A stretch of 64,000 nucleotides of DNA from an uncultured candidate division Zixibacteria bacterium (GTDB taxonomy: Bacteria; Zixibacteria; MSB-5A5; UBA10806; 4484-95). The notes under the pieces were generated by a model. That model was not told the origin of the DNA and searched no databases. It worked only from the letters and a program-made list of their open reading frames with translations. The DNA lies in contig CAXXKA010000005.1 of NCBI GenBank assembly GCA_963668625.2, positions 188,021-252,020 of the forward strand, in the 5' to 3' direction. The translations under genes and the position numbers were made by a program. Positions 1-10,261 of this stretch are shown one piece after another; position 1 is the stretch's first letter, and each line of letters begins with the position of its first letter.

Positions 1-645
1 GATTTGGGGTATAGAAGATTTCCTGAAATGGCAGATTTTAATAATGATGGTCTTACAGATATCATCTACAGAAATGACTCTTTGCGATGGTTAGCTTACC
101 AGAATATTGGCACATCTACAGAATTTAACTTTGTACAAAACGCAGTCTGGCTTGATGATATAGATTTTCCTATTAAGAAATTCCGTGCGGCATACCTTAA
201 TTTCGATAACAAGATAGACCTTATTGGAACCAACGAAGATAATCATCTTTGTGGATTTATAAATACCGGAAACGGTGAGGATGTTTCGTTTATATATATT
301 CCTGGTATTTTTGATAGTGTGCAAAATCTAAGCATCTATTATTTTGATTGCGTTGATATTGATGGTGACTTTGATGATGATGTGATGTTTGAGGAAAACG
401 ATTATATCACTGTGCTCGAAAACAAAACCACCACCGGCATTGATGACGACACCCAGCCATTGCCAGAGCAGTTCAAGCTCACGCAGAACTACCCCAATCC
501 GTTCAACAACTCCACCACCATATCATTCGCTCTAGATAAGCAATGCGAGGTGGAGCTGACTCTTTACGATATCTGAGGTTTCCCCCAAAAACTGGACAAT
601 TGTTTAAGGTGGTATTAAATTAGTAGAAATGTCCAGAAAGGGTAA

Positions 646-933
646 TTGATGAAGCGAAGTCGATACAGCGGGGAGCTTAAAGCAAAAGTAGCCATAGAGG
701 CCATTCGCGGTCAGAAGACCGTTAATCAGATAGCCTCGGAATACGAAGTACACCCTAATCAGGTTGGTATGTGGAAGAAGCAGGCTTTACAGTCTCTCCC
801 GGAAGCCTTTTCTAACGGCAAGGCCAAGTTGCGGGAGGATGAGCAAGCCAGGATGGATGCTCTCTATCAGGAGATTGGTAAGCTTCAGGTGGAGTTGGCA
901 TTTCTAAAAAAAAGGAGCGGGCGTCTCGCCTGA
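646..933 (+). CDS. IS3 transposase OrfA (HTH)
   Basis: KAKVAIEA...ASEYEVHPNQV HTH; LYQEIGKLQVELAFLKK zipper; A8 run at 906-913. Confidence 0.92.
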   Translation: MMKRSRYSGELKAKVAIEAIRGQKTVNQIASEYEVHPNQVGMWKKQALQSLPEAFSNGKAKLREDEQARMDALYQEIGKLQVELAFLKKRSGRLA

Positions 934-937
934 GGAT

Positions 938-1816
938 TTGAGGAATCTGGTGGAACGATCAAACCCGGACATTTCAATTAGCCGTCAGTGCCAGCTTTTG
1001 GGGCTTCCCCGTTCAAGCTACTACTACCGGCCTACTGGGGAAAGCGATTTGAACCTGACACTTATGCGTCTGCTTGACGATCAATATACCAGGACCCCGT
1101 TTTACGGCAGTCCTAAGATGACACTCTGTCTAAAGTCTCAGGGATATGATATAAATCACAAGCGGGTTGAACGTCTGATGAGGATTATGGGTCTTCAAGC
1201 TGTTTACCCTAAACCAAATACGAGCAAGCCTTGTCCGTCTAACAAGATATATCCGTATCTTTTACGCGATGTCCTGATTGATCATGTTGACCAGGTCTGG
1301 AGCGCCGATATCACGTATATTCGTCTTAGCCGGGGCTTTCTCTATCTGGCGGCAGTGATTGATTGGTTCTCGCGTTACGTTCTTGCCTGGCGTTTGTCCA
1401 ATACTCTTGAGAGCTCTTTCTGCGTGGAGGCATTGGAGGAATCGTTGGATGGCAAACAGCCGGAGATATTCAACAGCGATCAGGGAACACAGTTTACCGA
1501 CAAGGATTTCACCGGTGTACTGCAAGACAAGCGGATCGCTATCAGCATGGACGGTCGCGGTCGGTATCTTGACAATATTTTTGTCGAGCGTCTGTGGAGA
1601 TCGGTCAAGTACGAGGAGGTTTATCTTCACGATTACCAGACGCCGGCGGAGGCTTACCTCGGTTTGAAGAGGTATTTCGAATTCTACAACACCGAACGTT
1701 TCCATCAGGCCTTAAACGGCAAGACGCCTTATGAGGTTTATAATTTAAATTCAAAAAAGGAATCGATTAAACAGAAAAATAATGGACTAATACTTAGAAA
1801 TTCCACCTTATTTTAG
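938..1816 (+). CDS. IS3 transposase OrfB (DDE/rve)
   Basis: WSADITY, NSDQGTQF and DNIFVERLWRSVKYE integrase-core motifs. Confidence 0.95.
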   Translation: MRNLVERSNPDISISRQCQLLGLPRSSYYYRPTGESDLNLTLMRLLDDQYTRTPFYGSPKMTLCLKSQGYDINHKRVERLMRIMGLQAVYPKPNTSKPCPSNKIYPYLLRDVLIDHVDQVWSADITYIRLSRGFLYLAAVIDWFSRYVLAWRLSNTLESSFCVEALEESLDGKQPEIFNSDQGTQFTDKDFTGVLQDKRIAISMDGRGRYLDNIFVERLWRSVKYEEVYLHDYQTPAEAYLGLKRYFEFYNTERFHQALNGKTPYEVYNLNSKKESIKQKNNGLILRNSTLF

Positions 1817-2049
1817 CTAAATTACTGTCCAAACAATGGGGGGAAGCTAAATCTTAGGCCGCAAGCTGCAGACACTGATTGAATCATCACTACCTGCAGG
1901 CAACCACACAGTTAACTGGACTGTTGATAACGATCAAGCCTCCGGTATATATTTCTATCGATTGAGTACGGGGGAGGAGAGTTACACTAAGCAGATGGTT
2001 TATATGAAATAAGCCATTATATTCAACATTACATGTCATTCCTGCGAAA

Positions 2050-2177
2050 GGGATTGTTGAAATAGTCTTTTCAAGCGTCGCTGATAATCCTTTTCGGCGA
2101 CAACCCGCATGGAATCAGGTGTCAGGAAAGGATTCCTAACACCTCAGGCATAAAAGAAGGACTTTTTCAACAATCCC
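2050..2177. mobile_element. MITE family A copy 1, inserted in a GTCAT-type REP hairpin loop
   Basis: IRs GGGATTGTTGAAA...TTTCAACAATCCC; 4-bp duplication GAAA (2046-2049, 2178-2181); internal similarity to 62748-62895. Confidence 0.8.
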
Positions 2178-2313
2178 GAAAGCGAGAATATATCCCTTTT
2201 CCTCAATGCCAACAATAGTTTGCATAAGTAACCCGACTGCTCTATCTACAATTCCCCGCAAGTCAAAATAAATCCTTGCATTTTGATAGTTATCAACATA
2301 TATTCTCACGTTC

Positions 2314-2346
2314 GGGAGTGGGTTGACAAAGCCCACTCTTTCTTTT
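2314..2346 (+). promoter_or_regulatory. rimP leader hairpin
   Basis: GGGAGTGGG-TTGACAAAG-CCCACTCTT stem with a T-rich tail just upstream of rimP, matching the conserved rimP leader architecture. Confidence 0.7.
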
Positions 2347-2370
2347 AGTGGCAAGGGGGCTGGAATAAGT

Positions 2371-2817
2371 ATGGATAAAATTGACAAGATTAAGGAGCGA
2401 TTCGAGACAATAACCACTGAACAAGGCTGCGAATTAGCGGAACTTAACGGCACACGGCTTGGCGGACATATGGTTATCAGAGCCTTTATCCATAAGCCCG
2501 GCGGCATTACACTGGATGATTGCACCAGGGTTGCCCGTGCTTGTTCAGATTTTCTTGATATTGAGAACCCGATTCAGGGACAGTATCAACTGGAGGTCTC
2601 ATCGCTGGGGTTGGATCGCCCCTTAGTTAAACCTGCAGATTTCAACCGTCGCGTTGGAGAGGAAATAAAGCTGGAATTCGATCCTAAAAAAAGCCCTAAA
2701 AGAAGGGTTAGAGGAAAACTGGTTAAAACCGATGACAATGGTGTAACCTTAGAGATAGATGATGAAGAACAATATTTCGCTTATGACCAGATAGTCAGGG
2801 GGAAAATCCTTTATTAG
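2371..2817 (+). CDS. rimP: Ribosome maturation factor RimP
   Basis: GITLDDC and YQLEVSSLGLDRPL motifs; lies upstream of nusA. ATG at 2371 preferred over TTG at 2323. Confidence 0.95.
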   Translation: MDKIDKIKERFETITTEQGCELAELNGTRLGGHMVIRAFIHKPGGITLDDCTRVARACSDFLDIENPIQGQYQLEVSSLGLDRPLVKPADFNRRVGEEIKLEFDPKKSPKRRVRGKLVKTDDNGVTLEIDDEEQYFAYDQIVRGKILY

Positions 2818-2836
2818 AAAATAACGGAGAGTAGCA

Positions 2837-4186
2837 ATGGATTATGATATTCTTGAATCATTAACTCTGATCGCCCAGGAGAAGAATCTCGAACTCGAAT
2901 ACGTGCTCGAGACAGTCGAGGCGGCGCTGGTACAGGCGGCCCGGAAGAAATTCGGTGATAACGACACGATCAAAGCTGAAATCGACCGCAACACGGGCGA
3001 GGTCAGGGTATCCTGGACCAAGATCGTAGTCGATGAGATAATCGACAGGGCCAACGAGGCGCTGGTCGAGGAGGCCGAGGAGTTTTACTCCGATGTCGAG
3101 GTTGGTCAGGAACTTGATTTCCCTCTGGATTTCGCCGAGTTCGGTCGTAACGCGATAGCCTCCGCCAAGCAGATACTCATACAGAAAGTCCGTGAGGCGG
3201 AACGCGAACAGATATACGAGGAATATATACAGAAAGTCGGCGAGATGATAACCGGAACCGTACAGCAGATTGACAAAGGCAATATCATAGTCAATCTCGG
3301 TCGGGCTGAGGGTATCATTTTAAATAAAGAACAGATCAAGAAAGAGAAATTCAGGCAAGGCGACAGGATCAAGGCCTTTATATACGATATACAAAAATCC
3401 AATCGGGGCCCGCAGATCAATTTGACTCGCTCATCACCGGATTTCCTCAAAAAGCTGTTCGAAAACGAGGTACCGGAAATCTCCGAGAGGATCATCGAGG
3501 TAAAAGCTATCGCCCGCGAACCCGGGGAGCGTTCGAAAGTGGCGGTGTATTCAAATGATGATCGTATCGATGCTGTCGGCGCCTGTGTAGGCGTAAAAGG
3601 CAGTCGCGTGCAGAACATAGTACGCGAGCTCAACAACGAGCGAATCGACATCGTACCCTGGTCATCAGAGCCGATGATATTCGTTACCAAGAGTCTGGCC
3701 CCGGCCAAGATCGTTCATGTCGATATCTCGCCCGAGGATCAGAAAATGCTGGTAGTTGTTGCCGATGACAAGTTGTCACTGGCTATCGGTAAAACCGGAC
3801 AGAACGCCAGGCTGGCGGCTAAGCTGACCGGCTGGAAAATCAATATCATGTCCGAGACCGAATATAATGCTCTTCGCCAAACCGAGGAGATGGAGAAGGT
3901 CGATATCGAGGATATGGAGGAGCTTAAAGAGGTCATGGTTCAGAAGCTTCTCTCGATTGGTATAGAGACTGCCCAGGATATAGTCGAGAAGGGTATCGAG
4001 AGGCTCATTGACCTTGAGGGTGTCGGCGAGAAAACAGCCGAGAAATTGGTCGAGCAGGCCAAAGACGCTATCACCCGCAAACTCGAGGAGATCGAGCGCG
4101 CCGCCTCCGAGGGCGAGGTTGCCAAGCCGGTCGAATTCGAATTTTCGCCCGAGGATACCAGCGCTCCGCGTATCGAGGATTATTAA
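2837..4186 (+). CDS. nusA: Transcription factor NusA
   Basis: FGRNAIASAKQ, AREPGERSKVAV, GACVGVKGSRV, AIGKTGQNARLA; C-terminal HhH extension. Confidence 0.98.
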   Translation: MDYDILESLTLIAQEKNLELEYVLETVEAALVQAARKKFGDNDTIKAEIDRNTGEVRVSWTKIVVDEIIDRANEALVEEAEEFYSDVEVGQELDFPLDFAEFGRNAIASAKQILIQKVREAEREQIYEEYIQKVGEMITGTVQQIDKGNIIVNLGRAEGIILNKEQIKKEKFRQGDRIKAFIYDIQKSNRGPQINLTRSSPDFLKKLFENEVPEISERIIEVKAIAREPGERSKVAVYSNDDRIDAVGACVGVKGSRVQNIVRELNNERIDIVPWSSEPMIFVTKSLAPAKIVHVDISPEDQKMLVVVADDKLSLAIGKTGQNARLAAKLTGWKINIMSETEYNALRQTEEMEKVDIEDMEELKEVMVQKLLSIGIETAQDIVEKGIERLIDLEGVGEKTAEKLVEQAKDAITRKLEEIERAASEGEVAKPVEFEFSPEDTSAPRIEDY

Positions 4187-4239
4187 GATTAGAATTTTAG
4201 TTGGAGTTGGGATTAATTTAAGTCGCCAAAGAGGGAGAT

Positions 4240-6495
4240 ATGGCATCAGAAAAAAGACGAATATACGATATAGCGAAAGAATTTAATGTCTCTTCAAAGG
4301 CGATGGTAGATATGATCAGGAATCTGGGCTTTGAAGTAAAGTCGCATTCCTCTACTGTTGGGCCGGAAGTAGTAACGGCAGTACAGAAAAGGCTGTCATC
4401 AGAAAAAGAAGAAGTTAAAAAGGGCATGGAGCGCAAAAAGAAAAAAGCGCTCGAGCGGAAAAATCTGGAAGCTGCTGCGGCCGGCAAGAAAAAAGAGACC
4501 GAACGTCGCGTATCAGCGGAGCTGAACAAGACCAAGAAAAAAAGTGGCAAGAAACTGGATCAGCTCAAGGAAGATGCCCGCAAAAAGAAAGACCGGAGAA
4601 AGCGTAAAAAAGAAAGAGTTGTGGATAAAAAAGCGGTTAAAGCTTCGTTCAAAAAAACCATGTCCAAGCTCGAAACCAGCCAGAAGCGCAAAAAATATCA
4701 TCACAGGCAGGATAAACCCGGCGGCGAAATAGGCGGCGAGGATACGAAGACAATCAAGGTAAACGAGTTTATTACGGTTTCCGAACTGGCAACGCTCATG
4801 GAAGTCAAGCCTGCCAACGTAGTAGCCAAATGCATGGAATTGGGCATGATGGCAACGATCAACCAGCGTCTGGATTTGGATACTATCGAGACTATCGCTT
4901 TAGAATTCGGTTTCAATGTCGAGGAGGACAGGTTAACCGGTGAGGATGATCTCGAGGTTGAAGAGTCCGAGGATAATCTGGAACGCCGCCCGCCGGTAGT
5001 AACCATTATGGGCCATGTCGATCACGGCAAAACCTCGCTTCTGGATTATATCCGGCATTCGCATATTATAGATGGCGAATCCGGTGGCATTACCCAGCAT
5101 ATCGGCGCTTACCTGGTAAACCGTCCCGACGGCCAAATCGCTTTTTTGGATACTCCCGGTCACGAGGCTTTCTCGGCCATGCGTGCCAGAGGCGCCCAGG
5201 TAACCGATATCGTCATCCTGGTAGTTGCCGCGGATGATTCGGTTATGCCGCAGACCATCGAGGCTATCGATCACTCGCGCGCGGCCGGTGTGCCGATTAT
5301 CGTGGCGATTAATAAAATAGATTTACCCGGAATTAATATAGATAATATCAAAACTCAGCTTTCGAAACATAACCTCGTACCGGAGGAATGGGGCGGCAAG
5401 ACTATCATGGTCGAGATATCCGCTAAGTTCGGTACTAATATCGACAAGCTTTTGGAGATGGTGCTTTTGCAAGCCGAGCTAATGGATTTGAAAGCCGACT
5501 ACGACCGTCTGGCGCAGGGTACCGTTATAGAGGCCCGGCTAGATAGAGGTAAAGGCGTTATCACCACCGTGCTGATACAGAAGGGTACCCTTCAAATAAG
5601 TGATCCCTTCGTCTCCGGAATTTACTCCGGTAAGGTAAGGGCTATTTTCGATGAACGCGGAGTCCGTGTTCCGAGTGTCGGCCCCTCAACGCCGGCTATG
5701 GTGCTTGGTTGTGATGGTGTTCCGCAGGCCGGCGACTCGTTCCGGGTTATGGCTCGGGAGAGCGAGGCCAAGGATATCAGTCAAAAACGCTTACGCCTGA
5801 AACGTGAGCGCGATTTCAGGATTATCAACCGGATCAAGCTAACCGATATATACGATCGAATCAAAGAGGGCCAGATACGCGAACTCAACCTTATTATCAA
5901 AGGCGATGTTGACGGCTCGGTCGAGGCTTTATCGGATACTCTCTCCAAGATATCTCATCAAGAGGTAGGTGTAAGAGTAATTCACCGCGGCGTCGGCGCT
6001 ATTACCGAATCGGATGTTTACATGGCCGCCGCCTCACAAGCGATCATTATAGGTTTCCACACCCGTCCGGAATACAAGGCGTCCGAACTGGCCGCCCGCG
6101 AGGGAGTCGAAATCAAGCTGTATAAAATTATCTACGAGGTCGAATCCGATATTAAAAAGGGCCTCGAGGGCTTATTGGCGCCAGACCTGGTGGAGAAACG
6201 TATAGGCCTAGCCGAAATTCGCCAGTTGATCAAAGTCCCTAAAATCGGATTTATCGCCGGCAGTTATGTCAAGGACGGCATTATCAAGAGAAGCGCCAAG
6301 GCGCGAATCATCCGCAACGACATTACGGTTATAGATACCGTGATCACCTCGTTGAAAAGGTTTAAAGATGATGTCAGGGAAGTCCAGGCCGGTTATGAAT
6401 GCGGAATCGGGCTTTCAGAGATCGGTGAGGCTGAAGTCGGCGATTTCGTGGAATTTTATGAAGTCGAGGAGGTTTCCAGAAAACTGGAGCCGTAG
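4240..6495 (+). CDS. infB: Translation initiation factor IF-2
   Basis: GHVDHGKTSLLD, DTPGHEAF, LKRFKDDVREV. Confidence 0.99.
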   Translation: MASEKRRIYDIAKEFNVSSKAMVDMIRNLGFEVKSHSSTVGPEVVTAVQKRLSSEKEEVKKGMERKKKKALERKNLEAAAAGKKKETERRVSAELNKTKKKSGKKLDQLKEDARKKKDRRKRKKERVVDKKAVKASFKKTMSKLETSQKRKKYHHRQDKPGGEIGGEDTKTIKVNEFITVSELATLMEVKPANVVAKCMELGMMATINQRLDLDTIETIALEFGFNVEEDRLTGEDDLEVEESEDNLERRPPVVTIMGHVDHGKTSLLDYIRHSHIIDGESGGITQHIGAYLVNRPDGQIAFLDTPGHEAFSAMRARGAQVTDIVILVVAADDSVMPQTIEAIDHSRAAGVPIIVAINKIDLPGINIDNIKTQLSKHNLVPEEWGGKTIMVEISAKFGTNIDKLLEMVLLQAELMDLKADYDRLAQGTVIEARLDRGKGVITTVLIQKGTLQISDPFVSGIYSGKVRAIFDERGVRVPSVGPSTPAMVLGCDGVPQAGDSFRVMARESEAKDISQKRLRLKRERDFRIINRIKLTDIYDRIKEGQIRELNLIIKGDVDGSVEALSDTLSKISHQEVGVRVIHRGVGAITESDVYMAAASQAIIIGFHTRPEYKASELAAREGVEIKLYKIIYEVESDIKKGLEGLLAPDLVEKRIGLAEIRQLIKVPKIGFIAGSYVKDGIIKRSAKARIIRNDITVIDTVITSLKRFKDDVREVQAGYECGIGLSEIGEAEVGDFVEFYEVEEVSRKLEP

Positions 6496-6505
6496 AATCG
6501 TATAT

Positions 6506-6787
6506 ATGATAGTAGGCGTTGTTCGTGTCAGTATTCATTTTCCGGGGGCCGGCTCTTTGAAAGCAAAACGGAAAATCCTGTTGTCTTTGAAAGATAAGAT
6601 AAAAAATAAGTTCAATGTCTCGGTGGCCGAACTGGAGGATAACGACAAATGGCAGATAGGAGTAATCGGCGTGGCTGTAATCTCCAACGAAAAGGCACAT
6701 GCCAATTCTGTCTTATCCAAAGTAATGGATATGATTAACGGCCGACCTGAGATCGTAGTAACGGATATGCAATTGGAGTGGATGTGA
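6506..6787 (+). CDS. DUF503 (YlxP) family protein
   Basis: SLKAKRKIL...KFNVSVAE...DKWQ; sits between infB and rbfA. Start reassigned to ATG 6506. Confidence 0.9.
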   Translation: MIVGVVRVSIHFPGAGSLKAKRKILLSLKDKIKNKFNVSVAELEDNDKWQIGVIGVAVISNEKAHANSVLSKVMDMINGRPEIVVTDMQLEWM

Positions 6788-7146
6788 AAGATTTCTCGCG
6801 TTCCGATAGATTATCATCACAACTTAGCCGGGAGCTCTCAGAAATTCTCAGAGCCCACCCGAGGTTGCCGCATGGCTTGATTATTTCCGTGATGGGGGTC
6901 GAACTAACTAAAGATCTTCGTAGCGGCAAGGTGTATTATTCAGCCTTCGGTCCGGATGAGGCCAAGGAAAAAGCCGAGGAATTCATTAATGATAACAAAA
7001 AGCGAATTCGCAAAGAGCTTGCCGCGAAAGTCAGGGTGCGATACGTACCGGAACTGACATATTTATACGACTCCTCGATGGAGCGCGGCCAGAGGATTAA
7101 CGAATTGCTTGAACGAATAAAAAGTGATGATGAAGAGCAACAGTGA
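6778..7146 (+). CDS. rbfA: Ribosome-binding factor A
   Basis: VELTKDL, RYVPELTYLYDSSMERG; synteny. Start may be GTG 6784. Confidence 0.93.
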   Translation: MDVKDFSRSDRLSSQLSRELSEILRAHPRLPHGLIISVMGVELTKDLRSGKVYYSAFGPDEAKEKAEEFINDNKKRIRKELAAKVRVRYVPELTYLYDSSMERGQRINELLERIKSDDEEQQ

Positions 7147-8107
7147 TTTCCAGCAAATAATCGAGCTTTTTGAAAACAAAAACCGCTTCCTTATAACTTC
7201 GCATCAAGACCCGGATGGCGATTCTATAGGTACGCTGATAGGCTTGTATAAATTCTTGACCGGCCTCGGCAAAGATGTGATAGTTTATAATCAGGGTAAC
7301 CTTCCCAAGAAATACAAATTCCTCGATCCTGATAATATCATCAATTTCGATGATAAGCCTCTCGATTTCGATCCGGAAAACGTGATCGTACTCGAATGTC
7401 CGGAAATCGAGCGTATCGGTTTCGTTCAGAAATATATCAGCAAAGATATGACATTGCTAAATATCGATCATCACCCGAATAACCGTAATTATGGCCATAT
7501 CAACTATGTCGATGAATCGGCCAGTGCGGTTGCCGAGATCATTTTCGATATCATTAAATCCAATGGCCATCGAATTACACCCGATATCGCCGAGGCATTC
7601 TATGTAGGTATAGCCTCCGATACCGGGAGATTCAAATTCGCTAACACCAGTTCCGATTGTTTCGAGGCTGTCTCGGAATTAGTCAGCGCCGGGGCTAATC
7701 CGAAAACAGTAGCCGATAAGATATTCTCATCCTATCCGGCGGGCGCGATCAAGTTACTGGGGCACTTATTACAGTCATTAAAACTGTTCGATAACGGCAG
7801 GATATGTGTACTGATATTAAAGCAAGCCGATTTGGAAAAATACGATGTGCAAATGGAGGATACCGAGGGTATCATAGACTATTCGCTGGTAATCGAGGGT
7901 GTGAAAGTAGGCGCCTTATTCAAGGAGCGGGGGAAGTCTGTCGTCAAAGTCGGGCTGCGCTCGCAGAATGGTATTAACATAGGCGAATTCGCGAAAAGCA
8001 AAGGCGGCGGCGGTCACGATAACGCGGCCGGTTTTACCGTCGAATTACCCATAGATGAGGCTGTGGATACGATTGTTAAAGAAATAGCGGAGTACCTTAA
8101 TGATTAA
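7124..8107 (+). CDS. nrnA: DHH-family oligoribonuclease/pAp phosphatase
   Basis: HQDPDGDSIG, IDHH, DTGRF, GGGGHDNAAG. Confidence 0.92.
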   Translation: MMMKSNSDFQQIIELFENKNRFLITSHQDPDGDSIGTLIGLYKFLTGLGKDVIVYNQGNLPKKYKFLDPDNIINFDDKPLDFDPENVIVLECPEIERIGFVQKYISKDMTLLNIDHHPNNRNYGHINYVDESASAVAEIIFDIIKSNGHRITPDIAEAFYVGIASDTGRFKFANTSSDCFEAVSELVSAGANPKTVADKIFSSYPAGAIKLLGHLLQSLKLFDNGRICVLILKQADLEKYDVQMEDTEGIIDYSLVIEGVKVGALFKERGKSVVKVGLRSQNGINIGEFAKSKGGGGHDNAAGFTVELPIDEAVDTIVKEIAEYLND

Positions 8108-9050
8108 CGGCTTAGTACTCCTGGATAAACCTGGTGGAATCACCTCGCATGATGTGGTGGATGAGGTACGGAAAATTATCAGGCAAAAAAGGGTTGGCCA
8201 TACGGGGATACTCGATCCGGCGGCGACCGGTTTGATGGTTATGCTTCTGGGAAAAGGGACTTTGTTCTCCTCGCATTTAACCGGCTCGGATAAACGTTAC
8301 ACCGCCTTGATCGAGTTCGGCAGAGCTACCGATACTTACGACATCGAGGGTGAGACCACTAAACAGGCCGACCCGGGCTCGATGACCGAGGAGCAATTCA
8401 AGGATGCTTGTAGCGGTTTTATCGGCAAGATTAGGCAGATCATCCCGGCTTATTCGGCTGTGAAAGTCAATGGCAAAAGGATGTATAAGTCGGCGCGCGA
8501 GGGCGAGGAGGTGCCGGTTAAGCATAAGGATGTCGAAATTTACGATATCGATATAATCTCGTTCGACTGGCCGGAGGTGACCATACTTATCAAGTGCGGC
8601 TCGGGTACCTATGTCAGAAGTTTAGCGCATGAACTGGGCGAGAAACTCGGTATCGGGGCATATTTGAAAAAATTGGTAAGAACGAGCGTAGGCAATTTCA
8701 GTTTAAAACAAGCGCTTCATTTAGAGGATTTAAAGCAAAGTTTCGATGAGGGGCTTATAATGAATGTTGTCAAACCTCTGGTTGAGGCATTGCCCGAAAA
8801 GCCGACAATCTCGATTCGGCCGGAATATTATAATGCCATTCTGGAGGGTAAACCGTTTATAAAGAAATACTTAGAACAAACCGATTATAAAGGGCCGGGC
8901 GGCTGCCTGTCACTTTTATTGGGGCCGGAAAATAAAGTTTTAGCTCTGGCCAAACTTAATTATAATTGGGGGAGTTTTAATCGTTTGGAAAGTCGCGATA
9001 CTCTGGGAAAGTATGTAAGGATCATCGATGAAGGTCATCTACGGAATTAG
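8100..9050 (+). CDS. truB: tRNA pseudouridine(55) synthase
   Basis: DKPGGITSHD, GHTGILDPAATG, CGSGTYVRSLA. Confidence 0.97.
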   Translation: MINGLVLLDKPGGITSHDVVDEVRKIIRQKRVGHTGILDPAATGLMVMLLGKGTLFSSHLTGSDKRYTALIEFGRATDTYDIEGETTKQADPGSMTEEQFKDACSGFIGKIRQIIPAYSAVKVNGKRMYKSAREGEEVPVKHKDVEIYDIDIISFDWPEVTILIKCGSGTYVRSLAHELGEKLGIGAYLKKLVRTSVGNFSLKQALHLEDLKQSFDEGLIMNVVKPLVEALPEKPTISIRPEYYNAILEGKPFIKKYLEQTDYKGPGGCLSLLLGPENKVLALAKLNYNWGSFNRLESRDTLGKYVRIIDEGHLRN

Positions 9051-9957
9051 CGCCTTAGAGGATGCCGGTATCAAGTCATCCACGGTAACCGTGGGCACGT
9101 TTGACGGCGTTCACAAGGGACACCTGGTACTATTAAATCGCCTGATACAGGCGGCCTCCGAGCAGGGTACGCCCTCAGCGGTGGTGACATTCGATCCACA
9201 TCCCCAGATGGTACTGGGGAATCGCGGACGGATGGAGATATTGAACACAACCGAGGAGAAACTCGAAATACTCGATAAAGTCAACCCAGATTACGTAATA
9301 ATCCTCGAATTCAATCAACAGCTTGCCTCTTTGGAGGCTGAGGATTATATTCAACGTATTCTTGTTGAGGATCTGGGCCTGCGACATTTCGTGGTGGGTT
9401 ACGATCATAGTTTCGGAAAAGGCCGACGGGGTAATTTCGATCTGGTAAAAAGCCTCTCGGATAGTTATAATTACACCTGTGAGATGGTCGGTCCCGTCCA
9501 CAACGGCGGTGGGCCGATTAAGTCAAGCAGGATTAGAATAGAATTGACCGAGGGTGAATACACCAATGCTGTTAAAATGCTGGGCTATCCGTACTTTATT
9601 ACCGGCGAGGTAGTCCGGGGCAGAGGCGTCGGCAAAACACTGGGTTACCCCACGATCAATATTAACATGCCCCCCGGTAAACTTCTGCCTAAAGCCGGCG
9701 TGTATGCCGCCAGGGTTAAGGTCGATGATATTGTCGTACCGGGCATGTCATATATCGGCGGACGCTTGACTTTTGACGATGAAACGATTACTGTAGAGGT
9801 TAACTTATTCGATTTCGACGGGGATTTATCAGGCAAAAAGGTAAGGATGACACTGGAACGATATACCAGGCCGCCGGTGAAATACGAATCCGTCGAGGAG
9901 CTTACCCAAGCCCTGGCGGAGGATGAAAAAGAAGTTAGAAAAATATTACATATTTGA
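9028..9957 (+). CDS. ribF: Riboflavin kinase/FAD synthetase
   Basis: GTFDGVHKGH, VGYDHSFG, LGYPTIN. Confidence 0.96.
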   Translation: MKVIYGISALEDAGIKSSTVTVGTFDGVHKGHLVLLNRLIQAASEQGTPSAVVTFDPHPQMVLGNRGRMEILNTTEEKLEILDKVNPDYVIILEFNQQLASLEAEDYIQRILVEDLGLRHFVVGYDHSFGKGRRGNFDLVKSLSDSYNYTCEMVGPVHNGGGPIKSSRIRIELTEGEYTNAVKMLGYPYFITGEVVRGRGVGKTLGYPTININMPPGKLLPKAGVYAARVKVDDIVVPGMSYIGGRLTFDDETITVEVNLFDFDGDLSGKKVRMTLERYTRPPVKYESVEELTQALAEDEKEVRKILHI

Positions 9958-9966
9958 GGAGGAATT

Positions 9967-10236
9967 GTGCCTTTAAGCAAAGAAGTACAAGAACAAATAG
10001 TTAGCGAGTATCAACTGCACGAGAAAGATACCGGATCGGTTGAGGTCCAGGTTGCTACTCTTACCCGTAGGATAAATGATCTTACCGGTCATTTAAAAAC
10101 CCATAAAAAAGACCATCACTCCCGACTGGGATTATTGAAGATGGTCGGACGCAGGCGCAGAATGCTTTCGTACCTGAAAAGAACTAACCTTGAAGCATAC
10201 CAGGCGCTAATTGAAAACCTGAAGTTACGTAAGTAG
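9967..10236 (+). CDS. rpsO: 30S ribosomal protein S15
   Basis: [29 protein letters not shown]. Confidence 0.99.
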   Translation: MPLSKEVQEQIVSEYQLHEKDTGSVEVQVATLTRRINDLTGHLKTHKKDHHSRLGLLKMVGRRRRMLSYLKRTNLEAYQALIENLKLRK

Positions 10237-10261
10237 TAGCGAAGAGACGATTGAGGAAAGA

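Larger units (their letters stand above)
574..1850 (+). mobile_element. IS3-family insertion sequence
   Basis: Imperfect terminal IRs TGAGGTTTCCCCCAAAAACTGGACA and reverse-complemented right end TTAGCTTCCCCCCATTGTTTGGACA. 3-bp target duplication ATC (571-573, 1851-1853). Carries orfA and orfB. Confidence 0.95.
1..2012 (+). pseudogene. Secreted FG-GAP/VCBS-repeat protein with T9SS-A/FlgD-like CTD, split by IS3 (5' partial)
   Basis: DFNNDGLTD and DIDGDFDDD repeats plus the NYPNPFN CTD start. The frame stops at the IS left end (TGA 574-576). Removing the IS restores ...LYDI-LGRKLQTLIESSLPAGNHTVNW...SGIYFYRL...KQMVYMK* (1854-2012). Confidence 0.88.
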
